NCBI GenBank assembly: GCA_977017575.1 | Contig: CDRNVI010000040.1 | Coordinates: 248,001-312,000, forward strand | Origin: Paramoeba atlantica | Taxonomy: Eukaryota > Protista > Discosea | Reading direction: 5' to 3' | Length of the DNA stretch: 64,000 bases | Shown here: positions 11,559 to 21,853 of the stretch, in pieces | Layout of the letters: each line of letters starts with the position of its first letter | Position numbering within the stretch: the stretch's first letter is position 1 | Notes under the pieces: model-generated | The model's database searches: none | What the model was told of the DNA's origin: nothing | Seen by the model: only the letters and a program-made list of their open reading frames with translations | Program-made: the position numbers and the translations under genes

Positions 11559-13166
11559 ATGTTCTCTCTTGCCAGTCAGGATCTCTCTGCCTTGTGGCAT
11601 GAAGACGCCGCGGGTGGGGAAGCCCCTATAGAAGTGCAAATGGCTTTCGATCACAAATTTCCCGCATTCGGAGGCACAACAGGCCGGATGCTCTATCGCC
11701 TTAGCGCACATCACAGCGAGTGCCATTTACGCGATGAAATCATAGCCTACTTAAAAAAATACGACGTCCACGCGAAATTCATTATGAAAGACGGTAACAA
11801 CCTAGTAGACGAGGTCACCTACGAACGACTAATCGAAAACGCCCGACGCAACGCCCGGATCCTCAAACTCACCCTCTCCCCGCTCGAAACCACCCTCCCT
11901 AAACTCACCGAGACGCGTCTCACCCCCCATGGTGCCCCCACCTCCCACCCCCCCTCCCGAAACCCCCTACTCGACTTCTCACGCAATCTCAACACGCCTC
12001 ATCACCCCACTCCCCACCCTGGCAACCCTCACATCGCTCCCATCCCCACGAGCCACCCCCTGAGCACCACCCCCCGCTCTCTCCCGATCTCGGCTCTCCC
12101 ACCTCTAAATGGTGGTACTCCACTCCTTTCACACTCTATAGGATCGAGCCCTGCCTTAAGTGTTTATCACCGGGCGGCTTATCATCGGAACACGACGACA
12201 ACGAGGACGACGACTATCCCCTCCGTATCTTACGCTCCTTCCTCATCTTCTGGTTCTTCTTCTGGTTCTTCCAGCGCTGCTGCCTCAAGTCGTGTTGCCT
12301 CTTCGGTTCCTCAACGGACTACTACCCCTGTGGCATTGTTACCGGGTACGTGGAGAGAGGACACGGGGATGCGGAGAGAGCAGGAGCGCATACGGGGCTC
12401 TACGGTTTCCTCCACAGGGGTAGGGACTACCGCGACAGCCGGAGTGGAGAAACGGTCAAGGGAATGCCTAGAGGAAACTCAAGATGAACGGGAGGCGATT
12501 TTACGACGCCACGACGTGCGCACGCTACGGGAGGAACATGAACGGGGGGTGGTGCAGCGGGCGGTGTTGAGGAGACCTGTGGTGCGCTCCACACGGTGTC
12601 GGTTGTGTGGGATTGATGTGGAGTCGGAGAGGAGTGTGGCGGAGTGGGTTACGCGGTATGAAAAAATGTGTGTGCGGCTGAGTGCGTCGCCAAAAACATA
12701 CTCCCTCGAGGAGTGGCAGAATCTGTTAGAGGAGCGACTGGGTGAGGTTGCTCAGACATGGTTTCAGGATGAGGTCACTCATGAGCCGTTTTTTGTGCAC
12801 AGGGGTTGTGTGGATATTACGTGGGATTGGCATATGGGGTGTGAGATGCCGCAGATTGCGCTTGAGGCCTCCGATACAAAGTGCGACTTGTGTAGGGAGT
12901 TCGGTGCGACGTGTGTGTGCACACAACCGAATTGCGATCGGACTTATCATACCTCCTGCGCGTATTTTTCTCCCGGGAACTATCCCTGGGGTACGGTATC
13001 CTTCGGGGCAATGCCCCACTTAAGAAAATGTGCGAGGTGTCCTACACACCGTGAGCACGAGCCCTCATCGGCAAAGTCTGGCAAGACAAAGGGTAACGCA
13101 GGGGAAGTAGTCTTGGACACACGCTCTGCGGAAGAATACCAAAAGGACATTCGTCCCATAGAGTAG
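11559..13166 (+). CDS. Extended-PHD (zf-HC5HC2H-like) chromatin protein with Pro/Ser/Thr-rich linker
   Basis: HRGC...KCDLCREFGATCVCTQPNCDRTYHTSCA...CPTH. Confidence 0.75.
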   Translation: MFSLASQDLSALWHEDAAGGEAPIEVQMAFDHKFPAFGGTTGRMLYRLSAHHSECHLRDEIIAYLKKYDVHAKFIMKDGNNLVDEVTYERLIENARRNARILKLTLSPLETTLPKLTETRLTPHGAPTSHPPSRNPLLDFSRNLNTPHHPTPHPGNPHIAPIPTSHPLSTTPRSLPISALPPLNGGTPLLSHSIGSSPALSVYHRAAYHRNTTTTRTTTIPSVSYAPSSSSGSSSGSSSAAASSRVASSVPQRTTTPVALLPGTWREDTGMRREQERIRGSTVSSTGVGTTATAGVEKRSRECLEETQDEREAILRRHDVRTLREEHERGVVQRAVLRRPVVRSTRCRLCGIDVESERSVAEWVTRYEKMCVRLSASPKTYSLEEWQNLLEERLGEVAQTWFQDEVTHEPFFVHRGCVDITWDWHMGCEMPQIALEASDTKCDLCREFGATCVCTQPNCDRTYHTSCAYFSPGNYPWGTVSFGAMPHLRKCARCPTHREHEPSSAKSGKTKGNAGEVVLDTRSAEEYQKDIRPIE

Positions 13167-13524
13167 AAGTAGAACATTTAGAATTTGATGTGAATACCCG
13201 TGTAGAATTAGATGAAAGACAGCTCACCACTTTTAAGCTCACGAATATTTCTATAATCAGTTGAATGATATTTTTGACTACGGTTGACTACGTTTTGTTT
13301 CACTATACGCAGTATGTAGACTCAGTTTGTGATTTCTGTTACATCAGCTGCTATCAAACAAAACATAGATGTTTACCACCGCAAAGTGAACGTTCAACTA
13401 TCGCACCGAATACAATCTCGAAGCACGAGTCACCTGAGTAGTGGGATTTCTTCCACTGTATAATACAGTATTAATACAATCTCGTCAGTGAATCGTTCAG
13501 TACAACGTGAAACACATCGCTTGC

Positions 13525-14472
13525 ATGCAATCCGAGTTGTCCGACACTCTGCCTTCAGCACACGGTGCATTCATCACGGAGAAAGAACTTAGTGTGGTAT
13601 CTTCTGACGTACGATTCATAGATGTGCGTTTCAATCTTAAAAATCCGATCCAAGGTCGTTTTTTATTTGATAAAAGCCGACTTCCGGGAGCTGTTTATGC
13701 GGATATAAACTCCGATTTGTCCGTGAAATGCCCTTCCAAAGGGAGGCATCCGCTTCCCTCCTTACAACAGTTTAAATCATGGCTAGTTCGTAACGGGTTA
13801 GATGCAAGGCCCCATGCGTCTACCGTCATCGTCGTATACGATCAAAGCCGTGGTGTCTTTGCAGCAAGGGCTTGGTGGATGCTCCGGGCGGTGGGATACT
13901 CTCAGGTGCATATCTTGCATGACGGTTTCAATGGCTGGAAAGGTATGGTGGAGAAAGGATCCCCATCTGATTATTCTTCATTCGCGAACGATGCTTTCGC
14001 TGTAAAGCATGTTTACAATGATTTGCCCATCTCCTGGGAGAAGTCTGCTTTTCCCTTGGTTCATCTTTCGGAGTTGAGTAAGTACAAAGTGGTCGATGCC
14101 CGACCAGGTCAAAGATTTCACAGCAGAAAAGTCGGACTGGCGCAAGACACCATTCCTGGACACTATCCGGGAGCACTAAACTGCGATTGGGAAAAATGTG
14201 ATCCATACTCGTCCTTGACAAAAGAACAACTGAGGGAGATATTCGACATGCGGACTGATGGCAACACGAGCGAAAATTCGACGCCTCTCGCTGCAGTCAT
14301 GTGCGGCAGTGGCGTCACGGCCTGCTATATCATCGCATGCGTGCATCACGTGAATGTTCCGATACCGGCGTTGTACGTCGAGTCATGGTCGGAAATCGAG
14401 TACATTTGCAAAAGCCACTCTTACCAGGAGAGTTGTATTTCCGTAAGACTGTTGGGTAAATGCGGTCTGTAA
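13525..14472 (+). CDS. MPST: 3-mercaptopyruvate/thiosulfate sulfurtransferase (double rhodanese)
   Basis: GRHPLPS, VVYDQxxGxFAARAWWMLR, VVDARP, GHYPGA, active-site loop CGSGVTAC, LYxESWSE. Confidence 0.88.
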   Translation: MQSELSDTLPSAHGAFITEKELSVVSSDVRFIDVRFNLKNPIQGRFLFDKSRLPGAVYADINSDLSVKCPSKGRHPLPSLQQFKSWLVRNGLDARPHASTVIVVYDQSRGVFAARAWWMLRAVGYSQVHILHDGFNGWKGMVEKGSPSDYSSFANDAFAVKHVYNDLPISWEKSAFPLVHLSELSKYKVVDARPGQRFHSRKVGLAQDTIPGHYPGALNCDWEKCDPYSSLTKEQLREIFDMRTDGNTSENSTPLAAVMCGSGVTACYIIACVHHVNVPIPALYVESWSEIEYICKSHSYQESCISVRLLGKCGL

Positions 14473-14688
14473 TTCGGGATGGTTCTTGGCGCCTTTGTAA
14501 ATTATTTCTCATTGCACTCCTTTGGAGTACAATGATTCCTTTTGCAAATATCTTCAGTGGATACGAATATCATTTTGAGGAAAAAATGCCGTGTGACTCC
14601 GCTTACGTTCCCTAGTCACACACGCTCTGCCTGTCTCACTACATACACTTTCAAGCACGCTTCTTTCTTTCTCTGCTTCATTCTTCCC

Positions 14689-15363
14689 ATGTTTTCAAGT
14701 TTTTTATATATTCTTGTTTCCACTTCCGAATCAACGCTCACATCTTCTCGTCGCGGTCGAGTTCGCGCACTTCACCCACCCGAATACAGTTTGTCACAGT
14801 TCCTTCTTGAAGTTAAAAATCCACACCCCTCATGGGACACACACACCTTCGCGTGTAGCTGGAGCGGTGTGGAGTGCAATGAAGGCAAACAAATCACATC
14901 TGTGCTATGGTATTCGCGAAATTTAAAAGGCACACTGCATTGGCGACAATTATCTCATTTACGAATGAAGCATTTACGGCTTTATGATAACAAACTCGCG
15001 GGGGAGGTACTTCTTGACCAGCTCCCCGAGAATATGACCGCCTTAGGCTTGTATCTGAACTCGTTTTCCGGTCCATTAGATTTGGTTCACCTGCCAGCCG
15101 GGATGGAAGTCATTGGGCTACAATATAATCAATTTTCCGGTTGGGTCGAGCTTTCTCACCTTCCACCTAGTTTGAACGACATTAGTCTCTTGAGCAATCA
15201 AAACCTGTGTGGGGAGCTTGACGTCTCGCATCTTCCCTATAAAGTGCAGTTCATCTGGGGGGCTAGTTTTGTTCACGGCACGCAGATTAAAGTGCTGCCC
15301 AGACATGCGACATATTTTCCAACGCTTCGCTACGTTTTTGACTCCGACGTGTGGCGATTTTAG
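14689..15363 (+). CDS. LRR protein with N-cap, copy 2
   Basis: ACSWSGVECN cap and LPxxMxxLxLxxNxFSG repeats; hydrophobic leader at ATG 14689 (ORF open from 14542). Confidence 0.85.
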   Translation: MFSSFLYILVSTSESTLTSSRRGRVRALHPPEYSLSQFLLEVKNPHPSWDTHTFACSWSGVECNEGKQITSVLWYSRNLKGTLHWRQLSHLRMKHLRLYDNKLAGEVLLDQLPENMTALGLYLNSFSGPLDLVHLPAGMEVIGLQYNQFSGWVELSHLPPSLNDISLLSNQNLCGELDVSHLPYKVQFIWGASFVHGTQIKVLPRHATYFPTLRYVFDSDVWRF

Positions 15364-15633
15364 GTATGGAAAAAGCCTTCATATGTTTTAATCTTTTGTC
15401 GGTTCTTCGCGAAACGTGGTGGTTGTCTTCACTTAAGAAGCATGAACTAAAACTTGTAACTACTTCATTTCACGCTTCTAGCATTCTAGTAAAAATCTCA
15501 TTTCCTTTATATTTCTACTATGATTTTCCATTTGTTGACTTCCTTCTATGATATTATTTTATTTCTAATTAGCGTTCTTTTCCTTGTTTTCTCTCCCACT
15601 ACAAAACTCGCCAAGGACATCGTTGGCAAGATT

Positions 15634-15960
15634 ATGTCTGAAGGCCCATTGACACACAATGTTGAAGACAATTCGCTAAACAAAGATCCAACTACGGATC
15701 CCTCCAAGGTGCACATTCGAGTGCAGCAGCGTAATGGACGCAAGTCTATCACTACAGTACAGGGACTGGGTGAGGAAATTGACTACCCAAAACTGCTGAA
15801 GGCACTGAAGAAAGAGTTTGGTTGCAATGGAACCATTCTATCTGACGCAAGCTATGGTACAGTTCTTCAGTTGCAAGGTGACCAACGCGTAAATTTGGGT
15901 AAGTTCTTTGTTGAAAAGAAGATACTACTAGCTGATGAAATGGAAACTCATGGATTTTAA
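15634..15960 (+). CDS. SUI1: Translation initiation factor eIF1/SUI1
   Basis: VHIRVQQRNGRKSITTVQGL, LKKEFGCNG, LQLQGDQR. Confidence 0.95.
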   Translation: MSEGPLTHNVEDNSLNKDPTTDPSKVHIRVQQRNGRKSITTVQGLGEEIDYPKLLKALKKEFGCNGTILSDASYGTVLQLQGDQRVNLGKFFVEKKILLADEMETHGF

Positions 15961-16373
15961 TTGAAACGTTTGTTGAGGGTGTGGGAGTTTCGATTCACTT
16001 TTCTAGTGATACGATGGGATAATTTAGCCCCAGTATCAACGCCAATGCATAGTTCATCATTGTAAACTGAGGTACCATAAAAGCTTTAAAAGGGAATGTG
16101 GCTACGTGAAAAATGTACTTGCTATAGCGATACTTTGGGCGAAACTTAACTATAACATGTATAGAAAATGTGAAATGAAGAGAAGATTGTTCTTCGGACC
16201 ACCCTTTTTCCCAAAGTTGGTTTTTGCTTACCGAAAATCTATTTAAAAACCTTTTAATTTACATTCTATTCATCAGAAAGGAGAGTATGTAGTAGTTCTG
16301 TGTAAGTTCGTTTTTGTCCACAGCAGTCTGAATGCCGACTTCAAAGACGCATTGGTGTGCTGGTTGTAGTGAA

Positions 16374-16958
16374 GCAGTTTGTGCGTATCTAAATACTCAA
16401 AAAGTCGTTCTTTTCGGTCTATTCCACGCCAAGGGACACCCATCCATCATGGTGAACACCTGAATGGTCTAGTATTTTGTATCATGTTTTCCGTTGTCAG
16501 ACTTTGTGGACCTCTGCTGAAGACGGGAAGTCCATCGACAGTGTAAGTACACGAGATTGTAGAAATTGTACTTCACTTTCTAGCGCAAGAAATCCGTCTT
16601 GTAACTGACTTACTTCACCTGCGATTTGCGATGCCGAGGCCTCCGTTAGGGAAACTATTCTCTTCCCTGGTGCACTTGTGATATCGCTTGAGCGCTCCGC
16701 ATCTTTGGATAACAACAATCCCGTACCACGAAATTGAGGAGATCCGCAGGTGGCATACGTTTTTCAGCATATTTTACGCTTTTTTTCTGTCGCGCTCAGT
16801 CCCGCGAACTTCATGCCCACTATTTCCTTACGGGTCAATGGTATCAGTAAGATTTCTTGGCGCATCCATTTACGAAGCCGATCATAGGTGTCCGAGGCAG
16901 GATTTCCGTAGACGTCTTAGACGTAAACATTTTCATTGCGGGGCAAGTCGTGTTCCAT
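16374..16958 (-). pseudogene. Decayed minus-strand reading frame with coiled-coil and chromodomain-like end
   Basis: One frame from ATG 16958 with six in-frame stops; ends YKILDHSGVHHDGWVSLGVE*TEKNDFLSI*IRTNC, with both TAGs at chromodomain Trp positions. Confidence 0.3.
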
Positions 16959-17062
16959 TAAAAAAAAGAGATTTGACTGGTTTTCAGGCAATTCTGTTTC
17001 ATCCTGAAAAATATTCAGGATAAAGGAAAAGAATAAGTCCAAAAAATAGCAGCCCGTATGAA

Positions 17063-17091
17063 TTCGTGTAGATTCGTGTAGGTTCGTGTAG
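17063..17091. repeat. Three tandem copies of a 10-bp unit with core TTCGTGTAG
   Basis: aattcgtgta gattcgtgta ggttcgtgta g. Confidence 0.9.
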
Positions 17092-17310
17092 ATGTTCTTT
17101 GAACCCGAAGTTACTCCATCAAAAGACTCTCCAACGACTTTTCTCTGTTTTATATCTTTGCGTCACTTGTATTCTATTCTGTACCATATAACTTATGCAT
17201 GTAACGCTATACACCACATTATTCCTTCTGTTTCCCTCTTAAAAACTAACTTTCTTCCACACCCTCAACACTCTATCCCTAAACCTTCTTCCCTTCCTCT
17301 CCCCACCCCC

Positions 17311-18282
17311 ATGAGCGGTGCCCTCCACAGCGGCCACGGCACCTGGGGTCCCCGTGGGTCCCAAAGCCTCGAGGGCGCGCTCCGTCGCACCTCCTCCTGG
17401 CACCCCACCCGCCGGTACGACCGCCACACCCTACGCCACCCCCTCCCGAACTACCTCATGTGGCGCGGGAACCACTCCAAGTACCGCTACCAGGCCTACC
17501 AAACCGCCCACTGGGGCGAGGGGGAGGCCCAGCGGGAGTACCACCAGCACTACGCCCACGCCAAGGACCCCAGCGACAGTGACACCCCCCACGAGTGTCA
17601 GTTCCTCCGCAAGGTGCGTGCGGTCCCCGTAACCCTCCCCCTCCCCAGGCCTCAAATCCCCCCCAACTCCACCCCGAAATGGTTTTGGAAGTCCTGGCAC
17701 ATGCCCTACACCTCGGTGGAGCTGTGGCGACGGGAGCTGGAGTACCCCGAGCACGTGCCGACCCATTTGGGGACAAACTACACCCGACCGCTGGGGGTAC
17801 TCGCCCCCCAGGTCAAGTACAACCATATCCAGTCGCAGTACATGCGACGGCTGACAATTACGATCTGCCCGTTTGTGTTTGGGTATGGCAATACGTTGCA
17901 AAAATTGGTCACGGATTTCTATCGGGTGTGTTTGTCCGTGCGGAACCATGTGGATCGGAAGATTTTGCAGTTGGATTACGCGTTAAAGCATACGTTGCCG
18001 GTGGTGGAGATTGAGTGGCTGGATGGGTCGGTGTATCGTCCGCCGTTGTATGAGGGGATGACGCCGCAGGCACTGGTGCAGGTCGTGATGGAGGAATCGT
18101 TTCTGGCCTCGGATCGACTTGCGGCACAATCGGTGAAGATTCCTGATACGACGTATCCGGATTTAGCAAGGTGGGAGACGATTCTGGAGTATAAAATGTC
18201 GAAGAAGGCGAAGCTGCGGCTCAGCCAGGAGGCAACGGAGATTAAGGATGCTCACCAGGCATCGATTAGTAGCAAGAAGTAA
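17311..18282 (+). CDS. Mitochondrial ribosomal protein mL53-like with long N-terminal extension
   Basis: LTITICPF...LPVVEIEWLDGS...GMTPQAL aligns by eye to the mL53 thioredoxin-like core; ATG 17311 follows a pyrimidine tract. Confidence 0.65.
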   Translation: MSGALHSGHGTWGPRGSQSLEGALRRTSSWHPTRRYDRHTLRHPLPNYLMWRGNHSKYRYQAYQTAHWGEGEAQREYHQHYAHAKDPSDSDTPHECQFLRKVRAVPVTLPLPRPQIPPNSTPKWFWKSWHMPYTSVELWRRELEYPEHVPTHLGTNYTRPLGVLAPQVKYNHIQSQYMRRLTITICPFVFGYGNTLQKLVTDFYRVCLSVRNHVDRKILQLDYALKHTLPVVEIEWLDGSVYRPPLYEGMTPQALVQVVMEESFLASDRLAAQSVKIPDTTYPDLARWETILEYKMSKKAKLRLSQEATEIKDAHQASISSKK

Positions 18283-19163
18283 GGGGGGGTTAAAAACTAG
18301 TGGATTTCTGTGTATACATTTTGTATTGAAACGTTTTCAAATGAGTTCAAGCGATCCAATACAACAATAATTGGTCAAAGTGAAGCATTATTTCACACAT
18401 TTTTTTAAAACATTTACTATCCCCCCCTATCCTAGCGTTGCCTCAGTACCCCCCCTCCTTAGCGTTGCTTTTTAGACTGTCTCTTCAAGACTCTCTTGCC
18501 GCGAAGCGGCGATTTTTTTTTTGACCCCCCCTCCTAGCGTTGCTTTTTCTCAAAGCCAAGCAACGCTAGGATAGGGGGGGATAGTATTATCGCCCTATTT
18601 TGGCAAAAAAGAAAAAATTAACTCTGTTGCCCTTGCTCTAGAACGATTTCTTTGAAGGGCTAAAACAGGCGACGGAGGGCATAATCTTCATGTTTTCCTC
18701 TCTTTAGCTTACTTTTCACAATTTCTGCGCCGAACTTCAGCCGATTATCTCGCGCTTCTTTCCCACTATCAAGCGCACCCTCACCGCGAAAAAAGTACAG
18801 CTGTATGTAAACCATGACATAAAAAAGAGTTTTTCAAAATCGTTTCACATATTGTGTTTTGAGAGTTTGGGACCTTTACTAGCTTTCTACGCCGTTGTTT
18901 TCACAAAATACTCCTTCTTGAAGCTGTGGCACGCCTCCCAAAGTGACCCCCCCAAAAATGGGTGTCCAGGCAAAACCTGACAGGTTTCAACCCTCTAAGT
19001 GGGGGGGGTACCCCGCGGCACTATACATGTATGATAAGGCAACATTTAGAACACATAAAAAAATTAACGAAAAAAAATATTTTTTATGTGAAATAATGCT
19101 TCACTTTCACCCAATAATTTATACGCTAGAGAATTGAGTTGAGAAATTATCACTGACCTCCCC
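18283..19163. mobile_element. Non-autonomous TIR element with TAA duplication (PIF/Harbinger-like)
   Basis: TAA|GGGGGGGT...ACCTCCCC|TAA; internal inverted repeat AAAGTGAAGCATTATTTCACA (~18377-18397 vs ~19087-19107). Confidence 0.55.
18417..18584. mobile_element. 168-bp MITE (TA|CTATCCCCCCCTATCCTAGCGTTGC...GCAACGCTAGGATAGGGGGGGATAG|TA)
   Basis: Perfect 25-bp TIR, TA duplication, internal direct copies of the TIR motif, GCCGCGAAGCGGC hairpin at 18498. Confidence 0.92.
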
Positions 19164-19224
19164 TAATTGTACTACCAATTGTATGTACATGTAAGATGAG
19201 AATCGTTTTATCTATTTTTTCGAC

Positions 19225-19896
19225 ATGTATTGGGCTATTCGTGTACATCATGAGGACCTATGCAAAGCCATGGAAAGCGAGAGAATTCTTTGTTCTGTTA
19301 GAAAGGGGGAAAATGGGGAAATCGTATCCGAAGATAGTCACAACACGCACCGCTTTGGAACTGACCTGGGCTCCGTTAATGCGACGTTCCCCAAAAACAC
19401 GACTATCTCTCCGAAGGAATCGAATAGTCATGGCTTTAATCGCTCGATGTTTAAGGAGAACTGCTCCGACAACTGGCACTTAAAAGATGAATTTCACGTG
19501 ACACTAATCTATCGAGGCAGTCAGCCTTGGAGCGGCCTGTTAAGCCCCTCAGAAATACATCACTTGAAGTGGCTGGAGGATCAGAAAGAACCGATTTCGC
19601 TGAAAATTCATTCTTTGGTTTATGACAAGCATTGCTGTGCCCTCCGAGTTAAAATCTCTCATGAAGGAGCAAGCAGTTTGTGTCGCAAACCCGTGCCCCA
19701 CATTACTCTGGCGCTAGATTCGCATACTTGTCCCGCGTACTCGAATGACATGCTTAAAATGTTAAACGAACGGACGAATCGTTTTCGATCTTCACGGGGT
19801 AGGGGAAGGTCTCATACGCAACCCGCGTCTCGTCCGCACGTACTGGTGTTCAAGAATGCACCTGTATGTGAGGGCTACATTGTGCTATCTTCTTAA
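19225..19896 (+). CDS. 2H phosphoesterase resembling the Trl1 cyclic phosphodiesterase domain
   Basis: Two HxT motifs (EFHVTLIY, PHITLAL), then PAYSNDML. Confidence 0.7.
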   Translation: MYWAIRVHHEDLCKAMESERILCSVRKGENGEIVSEDSHNTHRFGTDLGSVNATFPKNTTISPKESNSHGFNRSMFKENCSDNWHLKDEFHVTLIYRGSQPWSGLLSPSEIHHLKWLEDQKEPISLKIHSLVYDKHCCALRVKISHEGASSLCRKPVPHITLALDSHTCPAYSNDMLKMLNERTNRFRSSRGRGRSHTQPASRPHVLVFKNAPVCEGYIVLSS

Positions 19897-20443
19897 TTAA
19901 GTGCCCTGTTGTTGGTGTGGTGTCATCAGATAAAGTGAATGGGTGAGAGGTTTTGCACCATGCCACGCAAAGCTGAATACATAGATATGAATAGAGAACA
20001 ATATCTACTGTGACATTAGAACTATATGTTAAAAGTATACTTGCCCGTATTTGAAGTAGACATGTATTTTAGGACTGCTCTATTACGTATGACGTACGTG
20101 TAGTTAAGCCTTATCACTGTTCTCTTGCCTGGGCCTACACTCTAATTAGTGTAGTTCCCCTTTACCGATCCCACCCCTTGACTCCTAATCTAAAGGTCTG
20201 GTGATTTATAACGTACCGGCATCTCGATTAATATTTTCATGGGGCAAGTTCTTTAACTGAAAAGAGCAATCGGAGGCCGCATACCATTTATTACTTTCCA
20301 TTTTATTACTTTCCAAAATTTTACAAATCTTAGACCCCACCCCCCTGATTTAGCTGATACCCCCGGTGCAACTCTTTTATTATGTCTCTATTAAAGATAA
20401 GCACCCATATAGCATTCACTAATTCTTGTATGCGAATCCAGAT

Positions 20444-20986
20444 ATGAGTCTGCTATCCGCTGTTCTTCACGAACTTCGCATTGCAGCGAAGTATTATAAT
20501 TTTCGAATTCGAAGCACTGTTGCAAGATCTCATTCGTTTCTGCGCGGTGCTCCACAGACCGAGCGACACTCCATATTTCAGAAGAATCTTCAGAAACTCC
20601 AAGAACAAGATGCCCGATACGCATTTCATAAGGAGCGTGCTATGTGTTGGAAGGAGTGGTTTCAGCATAAGTACATGACATTATTCTCTCAAAAATCCGC
20701 TCAAATGGCCCTACTTCAGAACTGTGCCAATGCGCATGCAGCTGAAATAGCAACCGAACTTGGCATAGATGTGCACTCGCTGCACATCTCTTACGAAACC
20801 GAGGAAGCAACATCGAAGAGCGCAATAAAAAATGAACAAAGAGTTAAGGCTGGATCCCGTGTTGTGGCATACATCGAGGCGCCAAATGCGAATGATGAGC
20901 AACTTGAAGTTCTGGAAAAGCGGATACGCAAAGAGTGTCCTGTGGCCAGAAGTATTTCACAATCTTTGGAATTCAGGAGAAAGTAA
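20444..20986 (+). CDS. OsmC/Ohr-like protein
   Basis: CANAHAAEIATELGIDVHSLHI...NDEQLEVLEKRIRKECPVARSI carries both Cys of the OsmC fold. Confidence 0.65.
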   Translation: MSLLSAVLHELRIAAKYYNFRIRSTVARSHSFLRGAPQTERHSIFQKNLQKLQEQDARYAFHKERAMCWKEWFQHKYMTLFSQKSAQMALLQNCANAHAAEIATELGIDVHSLHISYETEEATSKSAIKNEQRVKAGSRVVAYIEAPNANDEQLEVLEKRIRKECPVARSISQSLEFRRK

Positions 20987-21271
20987 CTCGTGTCTGAATC
21001 TTCGATACTCTACAGCGATACTCTCCCACACGATGGGCCTAAGTGCTTGGGGACGTGCGAACTAACGGTAGTGTAAACACCACTAAAGCTATATTAGGTC
21101 AACTTTCGCACGAACGTAAATTGGAGTTCTCAAACTCTTCTCCCAAAATCTTTCCTTCTTCATTGTGCACTATAAACCAATAATAGCAATACTATAAATG
21201 CTGTCTTATAATACATATCATATTCACTAAAACAAAATTATTTTCTTTGTACTTTATCCCGCTTTTAAAAG

Positions 21272-21427
21272 ATGTCAGATAAGGAATCTGCTCCTAAATA
21301 TGGCGACGAAGAATACGACTACGCGGCCGCCGAAGGCATTCCAGAAGATGTTCAGAAAGGTGGTAAAAATAAGAGTAAAACATCAAGCCAAAGCCATCCT
21401 CATTCTAGCCGTGGAGTAAACGTATAG
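21272..21427 (+). CDS. Small 51-aa protein (MSDKESAPKYGDEEYDY...HSSRGVNV), below the ORF-track cutoff
   Basis: Pyrimidine tract plus AG immediately before ATG; acidic-then-basic composition loosely like p8/NUPR1-type proteins. Confidence 0.55.
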   Translation: MSDKESAPKYGDEEYDYAAAEGIPEDVQKGGKNKSKTSSQSHPHSSRGVNV

Positions 21428-21853
21428 TTTTGATCATTGCTGATGTGTTGCTGCGATAAAAATTAGATTTAAACATGCTCATAGCACCCTGGAAAGGGAA
21501 GCGATTTCACTATGTTAGATACACTTCAACTGTGCATATATCAAATACATCATGTGAATAATTACAACTACTGTAGAAAACTGTTCAGCCACTATGAATA
21601 TTACTGAAGATTTGCTTTGTTTCATCTCTCGAATTATTTTTTCTTATTAGTGCATGTCTATTGCTTCAAAAAGCTCCTGAACGCACGCTGGGAGGAATGT
21701 ACTACATTCCTTTCAAAATTTAGTTTAAAATCCATTAATTTTATGACTCATTTATCAGATAAGCATTCTTGAAAAAAGCTGTTTTCTCAGGATGGTAGAA
21801 CCAAGAAAATATCACGATTTTCATCTCGATTTTCTTCTTCGCAAGTAGCTATC

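Noticed and set aside
16374-16958. Stop-codon reassignment explaining the in-frame stops
   Set aside because: TAA, TAG and TGA all terminate well-conserved genes in this window, and those genes have no internal stops.
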